A stretch of 64,000 nt of DNA from a virus: IMG/VR virus record IMGVR_UViG_3300002038_000006, positions 154,100-218,099 of that record; one strand, written 5' to 3'. Each line of letters begins with the position of its first letter. Position 1 is the stretch's first letter. The notes under the pieces were generated by a model. It was not told where the DNA came from. It did no database searches and saw nothing but the letters and a program-made list of their open reading frames with translations. Made by a program: the position numbers and the translations under genes. Positions 1-8,228 of this stretch are shown here, piece after piece.

Positions 1-127
1 ACTTAGATAGTAAAGGCCAATTAGGTGCGAATAACTTATTCCCGCTTTTCACTGTTGTGTCCAAGAACTCTATATCTAGTTCCTTAGCTCTACGCCAGCT
101 TTGTACTCGTATTGTGTATAGTTTCAT
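1..127 (-). CDS. Partial (3'-truncated) DUF488/YeaO-like phage protein
   Basis: Not in ORF track. ATG at 127 after GGGGGG; reads MKLYTIRVQSWRRAKELDIEFLDTTVKSGNKLFAPNWPLLSK and runs off the window. The DxTxKSG..FAPxW pattern resembles DUF488-like phage proteins. Confidence 0.5.
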   Translation of the reverse strand, partial: MKLYTIRVQSWRRAKELDIEFLDTTVKSGNKLFAPNWPLLSK

Positions 128-172
128 AGAACCCCCCACATGCGTCATAAGAGAGGTGCCTACCGACACCGC

Positions 173-883
173 TCAAATTAGAGGCTTTATATTGAATGAC
201 CTACACTTGTCAAAGACATGTGCAATCCAACCAACTCCGTCCCTATAAAATATATTACCTAAAACTAACCCGTCCTTAATGTCTTTGTCAACGATGGACA
301 ATATACCATTTAAAAACGCTTCTGCTTCATTATCCTTGAGGATGATACCGTTGTGTTCACGCTCCTCATCGTAGAATTCAGAATCGCGGTCACCTTGGTA
401 ATATCTCTCCGGGTCTTGAAGTGCTGGTTCATGATAAGATATTTTATTCACTATCGCGTTCCTATCGAAGCAATCGGATACTTTAGACTTATCAAGGTCA
501 TATCTACTTACCAAACGGTCAACGTGTGGAAATACAAATATGAATTCTTGCTTTAAAGTCCAGAACTTATCTTTAGCCATGGCTACCGCAGCATGTTTGG
601 TGATGGTGGGATAGTCGTGTTCACGTAAAGCGAACCCTGTACCAGCCTGTAAATCTTCCATCTTAATTAAGTCACTGAGAGGAGGATTACTTCCGCCATT
701 TGGAAACATTGTAGGTTTCGTTATGTCTTCGTAATTCTCAATGAGTAATTGGGTTAAGTTATCAAACTCGGAATCGCTAATGAAACTATCCAAGTCACTT
801 CTTAGGTAATACAGATACGATGCCATTAACCATATTCGTGCAGCGTGATTAGCTGAACGTATGGTAAAGTTATCATGTATCAT
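173..883 (-). CDS. Protein with N-terminal stand-alone NAD-dependent DNA ligase domain Ia-like (Nlig-Ia) module
   Basis: YLYY...FISDSEFDNLTQLL matches the YY-x-ISDxE(Y/F)DxL signature of LigA domain Ia; no ligase catalytic core follows. Confidence 0.55.
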   Translation of the reverse strand: MIHDNFTIRSANHAARIWLMASYLYYLRSDLDSFISDSEFDNLTQLLIENYEDITKPTMFPNGGSNPPLSDLIKMEDLQAGTGFALREHDYPTITKHAAVAMAKDKFWTLKQEFIFVFPHVDRLVSRYDLDKSKVSDCFDRNAIVNKISYHEPALQDPERYYQGDRDSEFYDEEREHNGIILKDNEAEAFLNGILSIVDKDIKDGLVLGNIFYRDGVGWIAHVFDKCRSFNIKPLI

Positions 884-891
884 GTTACACC

Positions 892-1560
892 CTACGCTGG
901 TTGTTCTATACCGGCATCTACTTTCTCGATGATTTCCTGTACGTCACTTGCAGCGATTAGTGCTAAACGTTCTTTCATGTGGTCGATATCAAAGAAGTTG
1001 ACATTGGCCATCCATGATAGAAGTTCGTTTATGTAATCTATTTCGTCAGCTTGTTCAGGAAGTGTTTTAGGGATAGCCATCCATACTTGTCCCAAACGGG
1101 TTAGTACTGGTTGATTCCTAAACTCCTGAGCCATGCCGTAGTTAGCAGCTAAAGCCATCTCTTCCGAGGTAGCTCCAGATATATCCATAGAGTCACACTC
1201 GATACCAAACGTCTGCATTCCATCAACTATTCCATCATCATGAATAAATCCATAGATAACAGTCCAGTTGTGGGGAACAGCACGTAAGCATTGAGATACG
1301 GCCTCTGGCAACATTTCCCTATCCTTGATACTTGTCACAGTACGGAGTATAGATTCCATACCAGTCAACGACGTATCGTCTAAAGCAGTGCCACCGATGA
1401 AGCGTAACTTACCACCTCTTCGCGCTAATAGACTTTGCGCTTTCTTTGCAAATCTCTTTGCTAGTGCTTCATTGTTCTTTGCCATTTTAAGTACCTCTTT
1501 TATTTTACTGTAATGGTCATTATTAATAGGGAATGGTGTATTTTTTATTGTCACCACCAA
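892..1560 (-). CDS. Hypothetical protein
   Basis: 222-aa ORF packed in a minus-strand operon; true start may be the internal M of MAKNNE. Confidence 0.7.
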   Translation of the reverse strand: MVVTIKNTPFPINNDHYSKIKEVLKMAKNNEALAKRFAKKAQSLLARRGGKLRFIGGTALDDTSLTGMESILRTVTSIKDREMLPEAVSQCLRAVPHNWTVIYGFIHDDGIVDGMQTFGIECDSMDISGATSEEMALAANYGMAQEFRNQPVLTRLGQVWMAIPKTLPEQADEIDYINELLSWMANVNFFDIDHMKERLALIAASDVQEIIEKVDAGIEQPA

Positions 1561-1563
1561 TAT

Positions 1564-1869
1564 TTACTTCTGTATCTGGGACTTACCAACGCTGGTTAGT
1601 GCACCTACTACATTCATCACACCGCGTCTCATGCCTTGCATCTTAGACATAGGAGCCATGTTACCTTTACCGTCTATGAATTCTGCAATACAATCCTCGA
1701 ATGAGATGTTTGGGTTAATGTCGTACACGTGTACATCACTGATGGCGGGCACTGTAATTGGCTTACCGTCTTTAAGAACGTATACTCTATCTTTGTCGTT
1801 AAGGTTAATTTCAAAACCTACCGCAATGGTTACAGAGCGGTATTTCATTAGTTCAACTTTATCAGACAT
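1564..1869 (-). CDS. Hypothetical protein
   Basis: AAGGA RBS upstream; operon packing. Confidence 0.7.
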   Translation of the reverse strand: MSDKVELMKYRSVTIAVGFEINLNDKDRVYVLKDGKPITVPAISDVHVYDINPNISFEDCIAEFIDGKGNMAPMSKMQGMRRGVMNVVGALTSVGKSQIQK

Positions 1870-1882
1870 AATTTATATCCTT

Positions 1883-2260
1883 TTACTTAGGACGCTTGTA
1901 CCGACTAATGTCAGACTTAGGGCCTTTATTAATACCGCCACCGAGAGGTTTGGTGAATAGCTCACCTTGCTTGATACCCGGGGAACCATCTTCTTTAAAT
2001 TTCAAATCTAGTTGGTCGGACATTTCTTCCATGCCTTCATCCACTACTTTGACTTCTACACTCGTACCTTTAACTATCTTGTCCTCTTCACCAATGGGGT
2101 CGGAAGCGAATGCGATAGCTTGTTCAAGATTAAGTGTAAGTTGACCTATTCTTGGACTGTGGTATATGTAGCCCGATTGGGATTTAGTGATTGAAGCATC
2201 ACCACACTTTATTGATTTACCTACACGTAGGCTTTTTAACTTTTCTTCAATTCTACTCAT
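1883..2260 (-). CDS. Hypothetical protein (start revised to MSRIEEK)
   Basis: ACAGGAG RBS ahead of the ATG at 2260. Confidence 0.65.
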   Translation of the reverse strand: MSRIEEKLKSLRVGKSIKCGDASITKSQSGYIYHSPRIGQLTLNLEQAIAFASDPIGEEDKIVKGTSVEVKVVDEGMEEMSDQLDLKFKEDGSPGIKQGELFTKPLGGGINKGPKSDISRYKRPK

Positions 2261-2385
2261 AATCTTTTTTCTCCTGTTATTTAAAAGATTTACTTGTGTG
2301 CAGCCTTGCGGCAATAGGAGCCGTAAAGGCTTCTTGATTAGGCGCTAACCCATGAGTATTATATATGTTTATAATAAATTTCACT

Positions 2386-2408
2386 CTATAGGATTTGCCT
2401 ATGCTGTA
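2386..2408 (-). promoter_or_regulatory. Putative phage middle-type promoter, TAC-N15-TATAG
   Basis: Same motif and 15-nt spacer recur at five other intergenic sites in the window. Confidence 0.45.
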
Positions 2409-2419
2409 AAAAAGTGAAC

Positions 2420-2448
2420 ACGGCATAAGTGGACGGATGACCGTCCAC
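2420..2448 (-). terminator. Hairpin followed by TTATGCCGT motif
   Basis: GTGGACGG-4nt-CCGTCCAC just downstream of the protease stop codon. Confidence 0.65.
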
Positions 2449-2461
2449 CTAATAACAAGTA

Positions 2462-3220
2462 TTACCAATCAGCTAGCGAGCTAAGATTAGCAACCTTACG
2501 GCTAAAGCCTTGTTGGTCTACGACAGTTAACATGTCTAGTCCAGACTCTACAGACACACCAGATGTTTCTTGGTCTGTCTTAGCAGCATCAAAGTCTTCA
2601 ATACCTAACGATACACTATCACCCATAGATTCAAGTGATGGGTTGTGGTACTTAGTAGCAACTGAGATTCCCGGCTCATTCACTTGGTCCCATGTAACAA
2701 GGGTAGTCATGTGTTTGAACTTCTGTCCAGCAAGTCGTGTATCACGAGTTAATGAACGTACAGAGAATGCAACATTCTCATTAGGGTTTTCCAATTGCTC
2801 TTTAAGTGCAGGACCAAATGGACCAGATGGTCTTACCTTACCCATTACTGCAACTACTGGACGACCGTTAGGGCCTTTGACTTGTTCTTTATCAATCCAC
2901 ACTTCTTTGATGTGGAAAGAAACACGAGTCTCTTCAATAGTACAGATACGAGTAATGTATTGGGCTTTAGTCATGCCCGGTTCCATCTTAGGATGGCCAC
3001 ATTCACCACGTTGTTGACCAGTCGTAATACGACGTATCAATGCACCAGAAGTATCGAACAACTTCTGAGCAGATTTCCATGGGTATATGTCACCCACTGA
3101 ATTAGGGAAATCGAAAGCACCTAAGATGACAGTATAATAACCGTCCGCATCTGGCGTTAATTTCCCTACCTTGTTTGTACCAGCCAAAGCAGTACAGTTA
3201 TAAAACACTTTATCTGACAT
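2462..3220 (-). CDS. Prohead (head maturation) serine protease, phiKZ gp175-like
   Basis: RGECGHP (His), FSVRS (Ser) and TWDQVNEPG (Asp) motifs; C-terminal PSLE/VSVE self-cleavage-type sites; lies downstream of the vRNAP beta gene. Confidence 0.85.
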   Translation of the reverse strand: MSDKVFYNCTALAGTNKVGKLTPDADGYYTVILGAFDFPNSVGDIYPWKSAQKLFDTSGALIRRITTGQQRGECGHPKMEPGMTKAQYITRICTIEETRVSFHIKEVWIDKEQVKGPNGRPVVAVMGKVRPSGPFGPALKEQLENPNENVAFSVRSLTRDTRLAGQKFKHMTTLVTWDQVNEPGISVATKYHNPSLESMGDSVSLGIEDFDAAKTDQETSGVSVESGLDMLTVVDQQGFSRKVANLSSLADW

Positions 3221-3269
3221 CAGATTTCAACTCCACAAAATAAATTACCAGCAGCAAGCTCTCAAACAA

Positions 3270-4022
3270 TTACCTACGTAAGAGGTCTTCTACGCCTTCT
3301 AGGCGTTCTGTCTTAGTTACAAGAGCTGATGATAAGCCTTCGTTAAAATAGTTACCCATAAGCTTAGCAGTGGTGTTTGTAGCACCCAACTCAATGTTCT
3401 TGAGAGAGATGTATGCAATACCGCCACCCGGTAACATTTCAGGATGTTCAAATTCTGCTTGACTCTTAATCAGGTGTCTGAAGTACTTAGTTCTATCTTT
3501 AGCTTGTCTACCTAAACTAGAAGCAATTAGTTCTAGGATGGCAGGGTCAACGTTCAAGTCAGTACCAGCATGTTTAATACAAGTATCGAACAATTCTGAT
3601 AAATCGTTGTAGTTCATGAACCAAGGAATGTCACCTTTAGAATAAAAGTGGTCAGAGATATAGTAAACTAATACCGCTGATTGAACTAAACCTAAACTCT
3701 TAGCGATGGTAGAACCAGCCTCGAAAGTTAATTCAATAAACTCTTCTTCTTTAATAACAACACTACGAGTACTTGTTGGAGTCAAGTCGATATTGGCACA
3801 CACTTTCATTACCGAATAGTGATTACCGATAACAACTGGAAAGATTCCCACTGTACGTGTAGTTGGCCCGAACGATGCAAGGTTACGAGTACGGTACTTA
3901 AGAGGTATATAAATACGAGTTTCTTTTTTAGCTACAAGACTACCGTCTCTTGCCTTAGTCAAATGTGGAAGAACCGCATCTGGCTTTCTAATCAATTTTG
4001 AGATATCCATTATATTCCTCAC
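3270..4022 (-). CDS. Conserved phiKZ-like virion protein (positional equivalent of gp176)
   Basis: 250-aa ORF between the protease and vRNAP genes; the assignment rests on synteny. Confidence 0.55.
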   Translation of the reverse strand: MRNIMDISKLIRKPDAVLPHLTKARDGSLVAKKETRIYIPLKYRTRNLASFGPTTRTVGIFPVVIGNHYSVMKVCANIDLTPTSTRSVVIKEEEFIELTFEAGSTIAKSLGLVQSAVLVYYISDHFYSKGDIPWFMNYNDLSELFDTCIKHAGTDLNVDPAILELIASSLGRQAKDRTKYFRHLIKSQAEFEHPEMLPGGGIAYISLKNIELGATNTTAKLMGNYFNEGLSSALVTKTERLEGVEDLLRR

Positions 4023-4025
4023 ATG

Positions 4026-4047
4026 CTGGGAGACCGAAGTCCCCCAG
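4026..4047 (-). terminator. UUCG-loop hairpin (terminator/processing site)
   Basis: Minus strand CTGGGGGAC-TTCG-GTCTCCCAG in an intergenic gap. Confidence 0.5.
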
Positions 4048-4058
4048 ACATTTTAAGA

Positions 4059-5435
4059 CTATTCTCGTTCAGTAGTTAACTGAGCCGCTAGCCATTCACC
4101 AACTAAATCGATGGTAACCATCGTAGCTGCTTCACGGTTTGACAATTCAGGATTGTTTTCTTTGTGCGACATGATACCTGACAATACTGGATAAGCATTG
4201 TAGTTAGGGAACAATGCCCCACATACTGCACGTAGACAGAAACGGTCTAAGTCAAACTTCTTACGGAAAGGATTAGCTTTTAACCAATCACGTACGTCAC
4301 GAACTGTAGGGGCAGTCATGCCTTCAGGGAATTCGTTAGCTGCAATGATTTGTCCGAAGACTTCAATGATTGCATTGTGTACGTTAGCTTCGTATTCGTT
4401 AACGATACGGCTTTGTAAGATACGCTCTTGTACCTTAACAGCTTTTTCGCCACCATGTGCATCTTCTAACAAGTCTGCGTATGTAGGACGATTAATCCCA
4501 CGTAGACAAGTACCGATGATTGCTTCAGGTGTACCACCTTCTTTTAAGAAAGCTTGGTAAACAGAAGAGTTCACTTGTATTTCAGCACCGATGTTGTCTG
4601 CTAGAGGCATGTGAGCAATTAAGTCTTTCTGACGAACGATACGGTCTTGCTTACGAAGCTCTTGGAAGATACGACGACCAAACTCAGCCATGAAGTGTGC
4701 AGTCTGTTCACGGAAGAAACCTAACTCTTCGTTAACGCCACTAGGAACGTTAGAGTTAAAGCTACGAGCAAGAACATAAGCTACAACTGTTTCAGCTTTA
4801 CCATTACCTTGTTGTTCACCGAATGTACCACCTTTACCAAGGAAGTATTCATCGTAGACACGACTAGCAATACCAGTGTTAGCTTCAATCATTTCAGTCA
4901 ATGCTTTATCAACACCACTCATGCCAGTTTTAACACGGTCGATTAAATCTTCCGCTGACATTTCAGGCATTCTATTACCGAACGGCTGTAAAGTGATTTG
5001 AGGCTGTGATTTGTAACGGTCAACTAAGTCTTGTAATCCGGCAACACTATAAACCGCTGGACAACTAACTTCTTTAATCGAATGGCGAAGTTCTTGAATT
5101 GGAGCTTCATCCAAGTATTTACTAACACGTTCGAATGCATCAGTAGAAACTGGAGTAACTAATTCACGAGCGAACTTTAATTGTTTACGTACAGCAGTAG
5201 CTGCAATAGTAACAAGTTCATCGATTGCTTGAGAATGTTCTTTATCACCTAGTACGTCCGTAGACTCACTGGCTGATACTAGAGCAACATCAATATCGTC
5301 TGCACGACTGATTGTACCAATAGTACTGTTAAGAACGGCTAAGGGCGTCTCAGCATGTGGTAACACAACTACGCCTGCTTGTTCTGCTTGCTGTGCAAGA
5401 GAGTAAATAGATGCAACGCTATTACGATTCAACAT
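4059..5435 (-). CDS. Conserved phiKZ-like virion protein (positional equivalent of gp177)
   Basis: 458-aa ORF with phage-like codon usage; synteny. Confidence 0.55.
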   Translation of the reverse strand: MLNRNSVASIYSLAQQAEQAGVVVLPHAETPLAVLNSTIGTISRADDIDVALVSASESTDVLGDKEHSQAIDELVTIAATAVRKQLKFARELVTPVSTDAFERVSKYLDEAPIQELRHSIKEVSCPAVYSVAGLQDLVDRYKSQPQITLQPFGNRMPEMSAEDLIDRVKTGMSGVDKALTEMIEANTGIASRVYDEYFLGKGGTFGEQQGNGKAETVVAYVLARSFNSNVPSGVNEELGFFREQTAHFMAEFGRRIFQELRKQDRIVRQKDLIAHMPLADNIGAEIQVNSSVYQAFLKEGGTPEAIIGTCLRGINRPTYADLLEDAHGGEKAVKVQERILQSRIVNEYEANVHNAIIEVFGQIIAANEFPEGMTAPTVRDVRDWLKANPFRKKFDLDRFCLRAVCGALFPNYNAYPVLSGIMSHKENNPELSNREAATMVTIDLVGEWLAAQLTTERE

Positions 5436-5626
5436 TACGCTTTACTCCCTGCAATCATTAATGACTTTGACATACGGGCTGTAAGAGAATCTTTAACAGT
5501 CTCTTTAACCAATACACCGCCTACTTGGTCAGAAGCTTCGTTACCTGCCACTTCTTGAACCACGCGTGCGCCTAACTCAACAGCGTTAGCTAGAGTGGCG
5601 TAAGTGATATGTTTTCTATCTTTCAT
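5435..5626 (-). CDS. Small hypothetical protein
   Basis: 63 aa; its stop overlaps the next start (TAATG coupling). Confidence 0.6.
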   Translation of the reverse strand: MKDRKHITYATLANAVELGARVVQEVAGNEASDQVGGVLVKETVKDSLTARMSKSLMIAGSKA

Positions 5627-5666
5627 ATTTTCAGTAAGGGGAGCAATTAACTCCCCACTCCTTTAT

Positions 5667-8228
5667 TTACAAATTTGTAAAGTACTCGTCCGCTACCTTT
5701 TTGGAGAGAACCTCTAAAACACGATTCGTAGTGCCCATCACATCAGGGCTGAGTACGATACGGTTAGCAATCGATTGACGTCCAAAGATTACATCAATAG
5801 GCTCACCGCTCTCTGTTTCATTAGTACCAGTCATTACTCGACCGATAATGGTTTTCAGCTGATTACCAAGTACCGCTTTATCGCCAACACCTGCCGGTAG
5901 TGACTTAGTGATGTATACTTTAATCACGGCTTGGTCCATTACCAAACGACGACCCTCAACATTGATAGGTTCATTTACCTGACCGGTAAGTGACTCTTCA
6001 ACACCAAGACGTTTAACTCTTTCCGCACGTTCTTTATCACCACGATTAACAACGGTCTTCAAAGTCTTAGACATGTCGGTGGTATCACCATTGTAGAGAA
6101 CTTCAATTTTCTCCACCACGCCTTTGTTCTTGGCTTTCGGGTTTAACTGTCCTAATGCTTTCAGGGAATCCGCACTCCCACTATCGAAAAACGAGTTATC
6201 GGCCGTAAGTGGGTCCTCTAGCGTACATAGGATAGTTTCTAAATCTACTTCATCTCCTACCTTAACCAAGTTTAGAATACCTTGACTAAAGTCTAAAACG
6301 ATGTTTCTAACTGCTGTCATTTCCGTAGAAAGACCATCACCTAGATGTTCGGAAACCGCACATGAATCTTCAAGGGTATCAACTGACTCCATCAAAGCTA
6401 CATTAACCAACGCACCTGCTTTCCAGTTCACCTGACTCTTATCAAAGTAATCACGTTCGAAGAAACCAGTATTCCATGATAGGATGTGTCCAGCTTTAAA
6501 CTTCTGACCTTTAGTTAAGTCCGAGTCTAAACGCTGAGGAACGTTAGTACCATTAACAGTACCGTATAAAGTTCCTAACTCTATCTTCACAGTATTACCG
6601 TCTTTGTACTCCACAGTAATGTGTTCTTCACCTACATCAGTTACTTTACCGTCCTGTTCAGCAGAGACTGCAAACATTGGGTCAACACGATGGGCAAGTA
6701 CTTGCTCGTACCCAGTTGTTAAAGGCATGACCTTATAATTATCAGCGGCTACACCGTGAGAATGTTGGATACTAATGAAGTTCGTACGCTTAGGGTCATC
6801 ACTGGTTGCACCGGGTGATAATATAGCGGACGTAGACAATAACTTAGTTGCAGACTGTTCTTTGTCATCTACACGCTTAGTTGTACCACGAATCGAATTG
6901 AAGTTCGGGTCAGCGGTCAAGTATGTATTAATAGCTACAGAACCAGAGTCAACCGTTGCCTCAGAGATAACGCCCATATCGTTCTTGTGGTAAACACGAG
7001 AACTGGCTACCATTGAACGAGTAGAGCGTCCACCATCGCCAGAGTAAGTTACTAACTCTTTCTCTTTAAGGTTATGGATTGGATTTAATTCTTCTACCGT
7101 CTTAGTAGTTGCATCTTTGAGGATACTCATCCACACTGCTTTAGGGTTCATCTCAATACGAGACTGTGAACTCATTGGCTGTGCTTGTTGTTTACGAATG
7201 GAAGCGATTAGCTCTTTGTAGATAAAGCCCGGCATACGTTCGTAGCCTTTGATACGCATGTACTCCGTATCTGTTTCATCAGGAGTGCGGTCGTCTTTTA
7301 ATAGCTCTACAGCTTTAACGACTAAACCTTCAAATGAACGAGGTTCTTTACGCTCTTCCAAAATACCATCTGTAATAGGGTCAATGAACATTGGTTGTAA
7401 CAAGTCCATCTCACGAATGTATCTTAGACCGACACCACGTGATTCCAATACAGGTTGATACACTGTTTTCTTGTCAAACTCTTCACGAGTGAATTGCTTG
7501 ATAGCTGAACGGTATTCGTAGAAGCCATTTAGAATCATGGTGATTTCTGGGTCATCGGTTGTATAAACCAATGTCTCGTCTTTAAAGACTATACTAGCCT
7601 CACCATCTTCTAGCTCCAGCCGCTGGCCTTTCGGGACAGTTCGTACTTTTGCTTTAATGATTCTAATAAGTTTCGACAGACCAAGCATGTACGCAAGTAC
7701 CACGCCTGCTGGGATACCAGTCGAGTAAATCTTAACTTCCGCCATGTCGTTGGGTTCGCGACCCAAGTCAGTACCAAGTAAATCAGACAGACCGCCAATG
7801 GTATCGATAGTACCATCAAGCCCGCGATAGTTAAATAAGCCAGCCCTATCCAGAGTGATGTATCTATCATTACCCCTTTTACCGCAGACCACGTGTCCGA
7901 GACGTTCAAGTTTCTTAAGCGCTGTATCACCGTATAACTCCTCACGTTTATCGTACTCGAAAGATAATTCACCAGACTTACATTTAAAGCCTAGTACACC
8001 TTTAGCCATACCACTATAAGTAGGTGGAACCTTAGCTGACTTAACAATGGAAGTACCCTGACGAACAGAAGTAACTGCATCATTAGAATCATCAATACCT
8101 AGAGCGATAACTTTCTTACGTTGCCAAGCCGAACGGTTATAGACTGCTTTAGGACTTCGCTGTACGAATAGTTTACCGTAGTAACTTGTTAAGGCTACTG
8201 TATCTGCTTTGGTTTTACGAATGGGGAG
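5667..8228 (-). CDS. Virion RNA polymerase beta-like subunit (phiKZ gp178-like), exon 2
   Basis: RpoB-like motifs (DDPKRTNFISIQHSH, LEDSCAVS, GVGDKAVLGNQLKTII, PIDVIF). Exon starts CTC CCC ATT CGT (LPIR) after the intron's terminal G. Confidence 0.88.
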   Translation of the reverse strand, partial: LPIRKTKADTVALTSYYGKLFVQRSPKAVYNRSAWQRKKVIALGIDDSNDAVTSVRQGTSIVKSAKVPPTYSGMAKGVLGFKCKSGELSFEYDKREELYGDTALKKLERLGHVVCGKRGNDRYITLDRAGLFNYRGLDGTIDTIGGLSDLLGTDLGREPNDMAEVKIYSTGIPAGVVLAYMLGLSKLIRIIKAKVRTVPKGQRLELEDGEASIVFKDETLVYTTDDPEITMILNGFYEYRSAIKQFTREEFDKKTVYQPVLESRGVGLRYIREMDLLQPMFIDPITDGILEERKEPRSFEGLVVKAVELLKDDRTPDETDTEYMRIKGYERMPGFIYKELIASIRKQQAQPMSSQSRIEMNPKAVWMSILKDATTKTVEELNPIHNLKEKELVTYSGDGGRSTRSMVASSRVYHKNDMGVISEATVDSGSVAINTYLTADPNFNSIRGTTKRVDDKEQSATKLLSTSAILSPGATSDDPKRTNFISIQHSHGVAADNYKVMPLTTGYEQVLAHRVDPMFAVSAEQDGKVTDVGEEHITVEYKDGNTVKIELGTLYGTVNGTNVPQRLDSDLTKGQKFKAGHILSWNTGFFERDYFDKSQVNWKAGALVNVALMESVDTLEDSCAVSEHLGDGLSTEMTAVRNIVLDFSQGILNLVKVGDEVDLETILCTLEDPLTADNSFFDSGSADSLKALGQLNPKAKNKGVVEKIEVLYNGDTTDMSKTLKTVVNRGDKERAERVKRLGVEESLTGQVNEPINVEGRRLVMDQAVIKVYITKSLPAGVGDKAVLGNQLKTIIGRVMTGTNETESGEPIDVIFGRQSIANRIVLSPDVMGTTNRVLEVLSKKVADEYFTNL

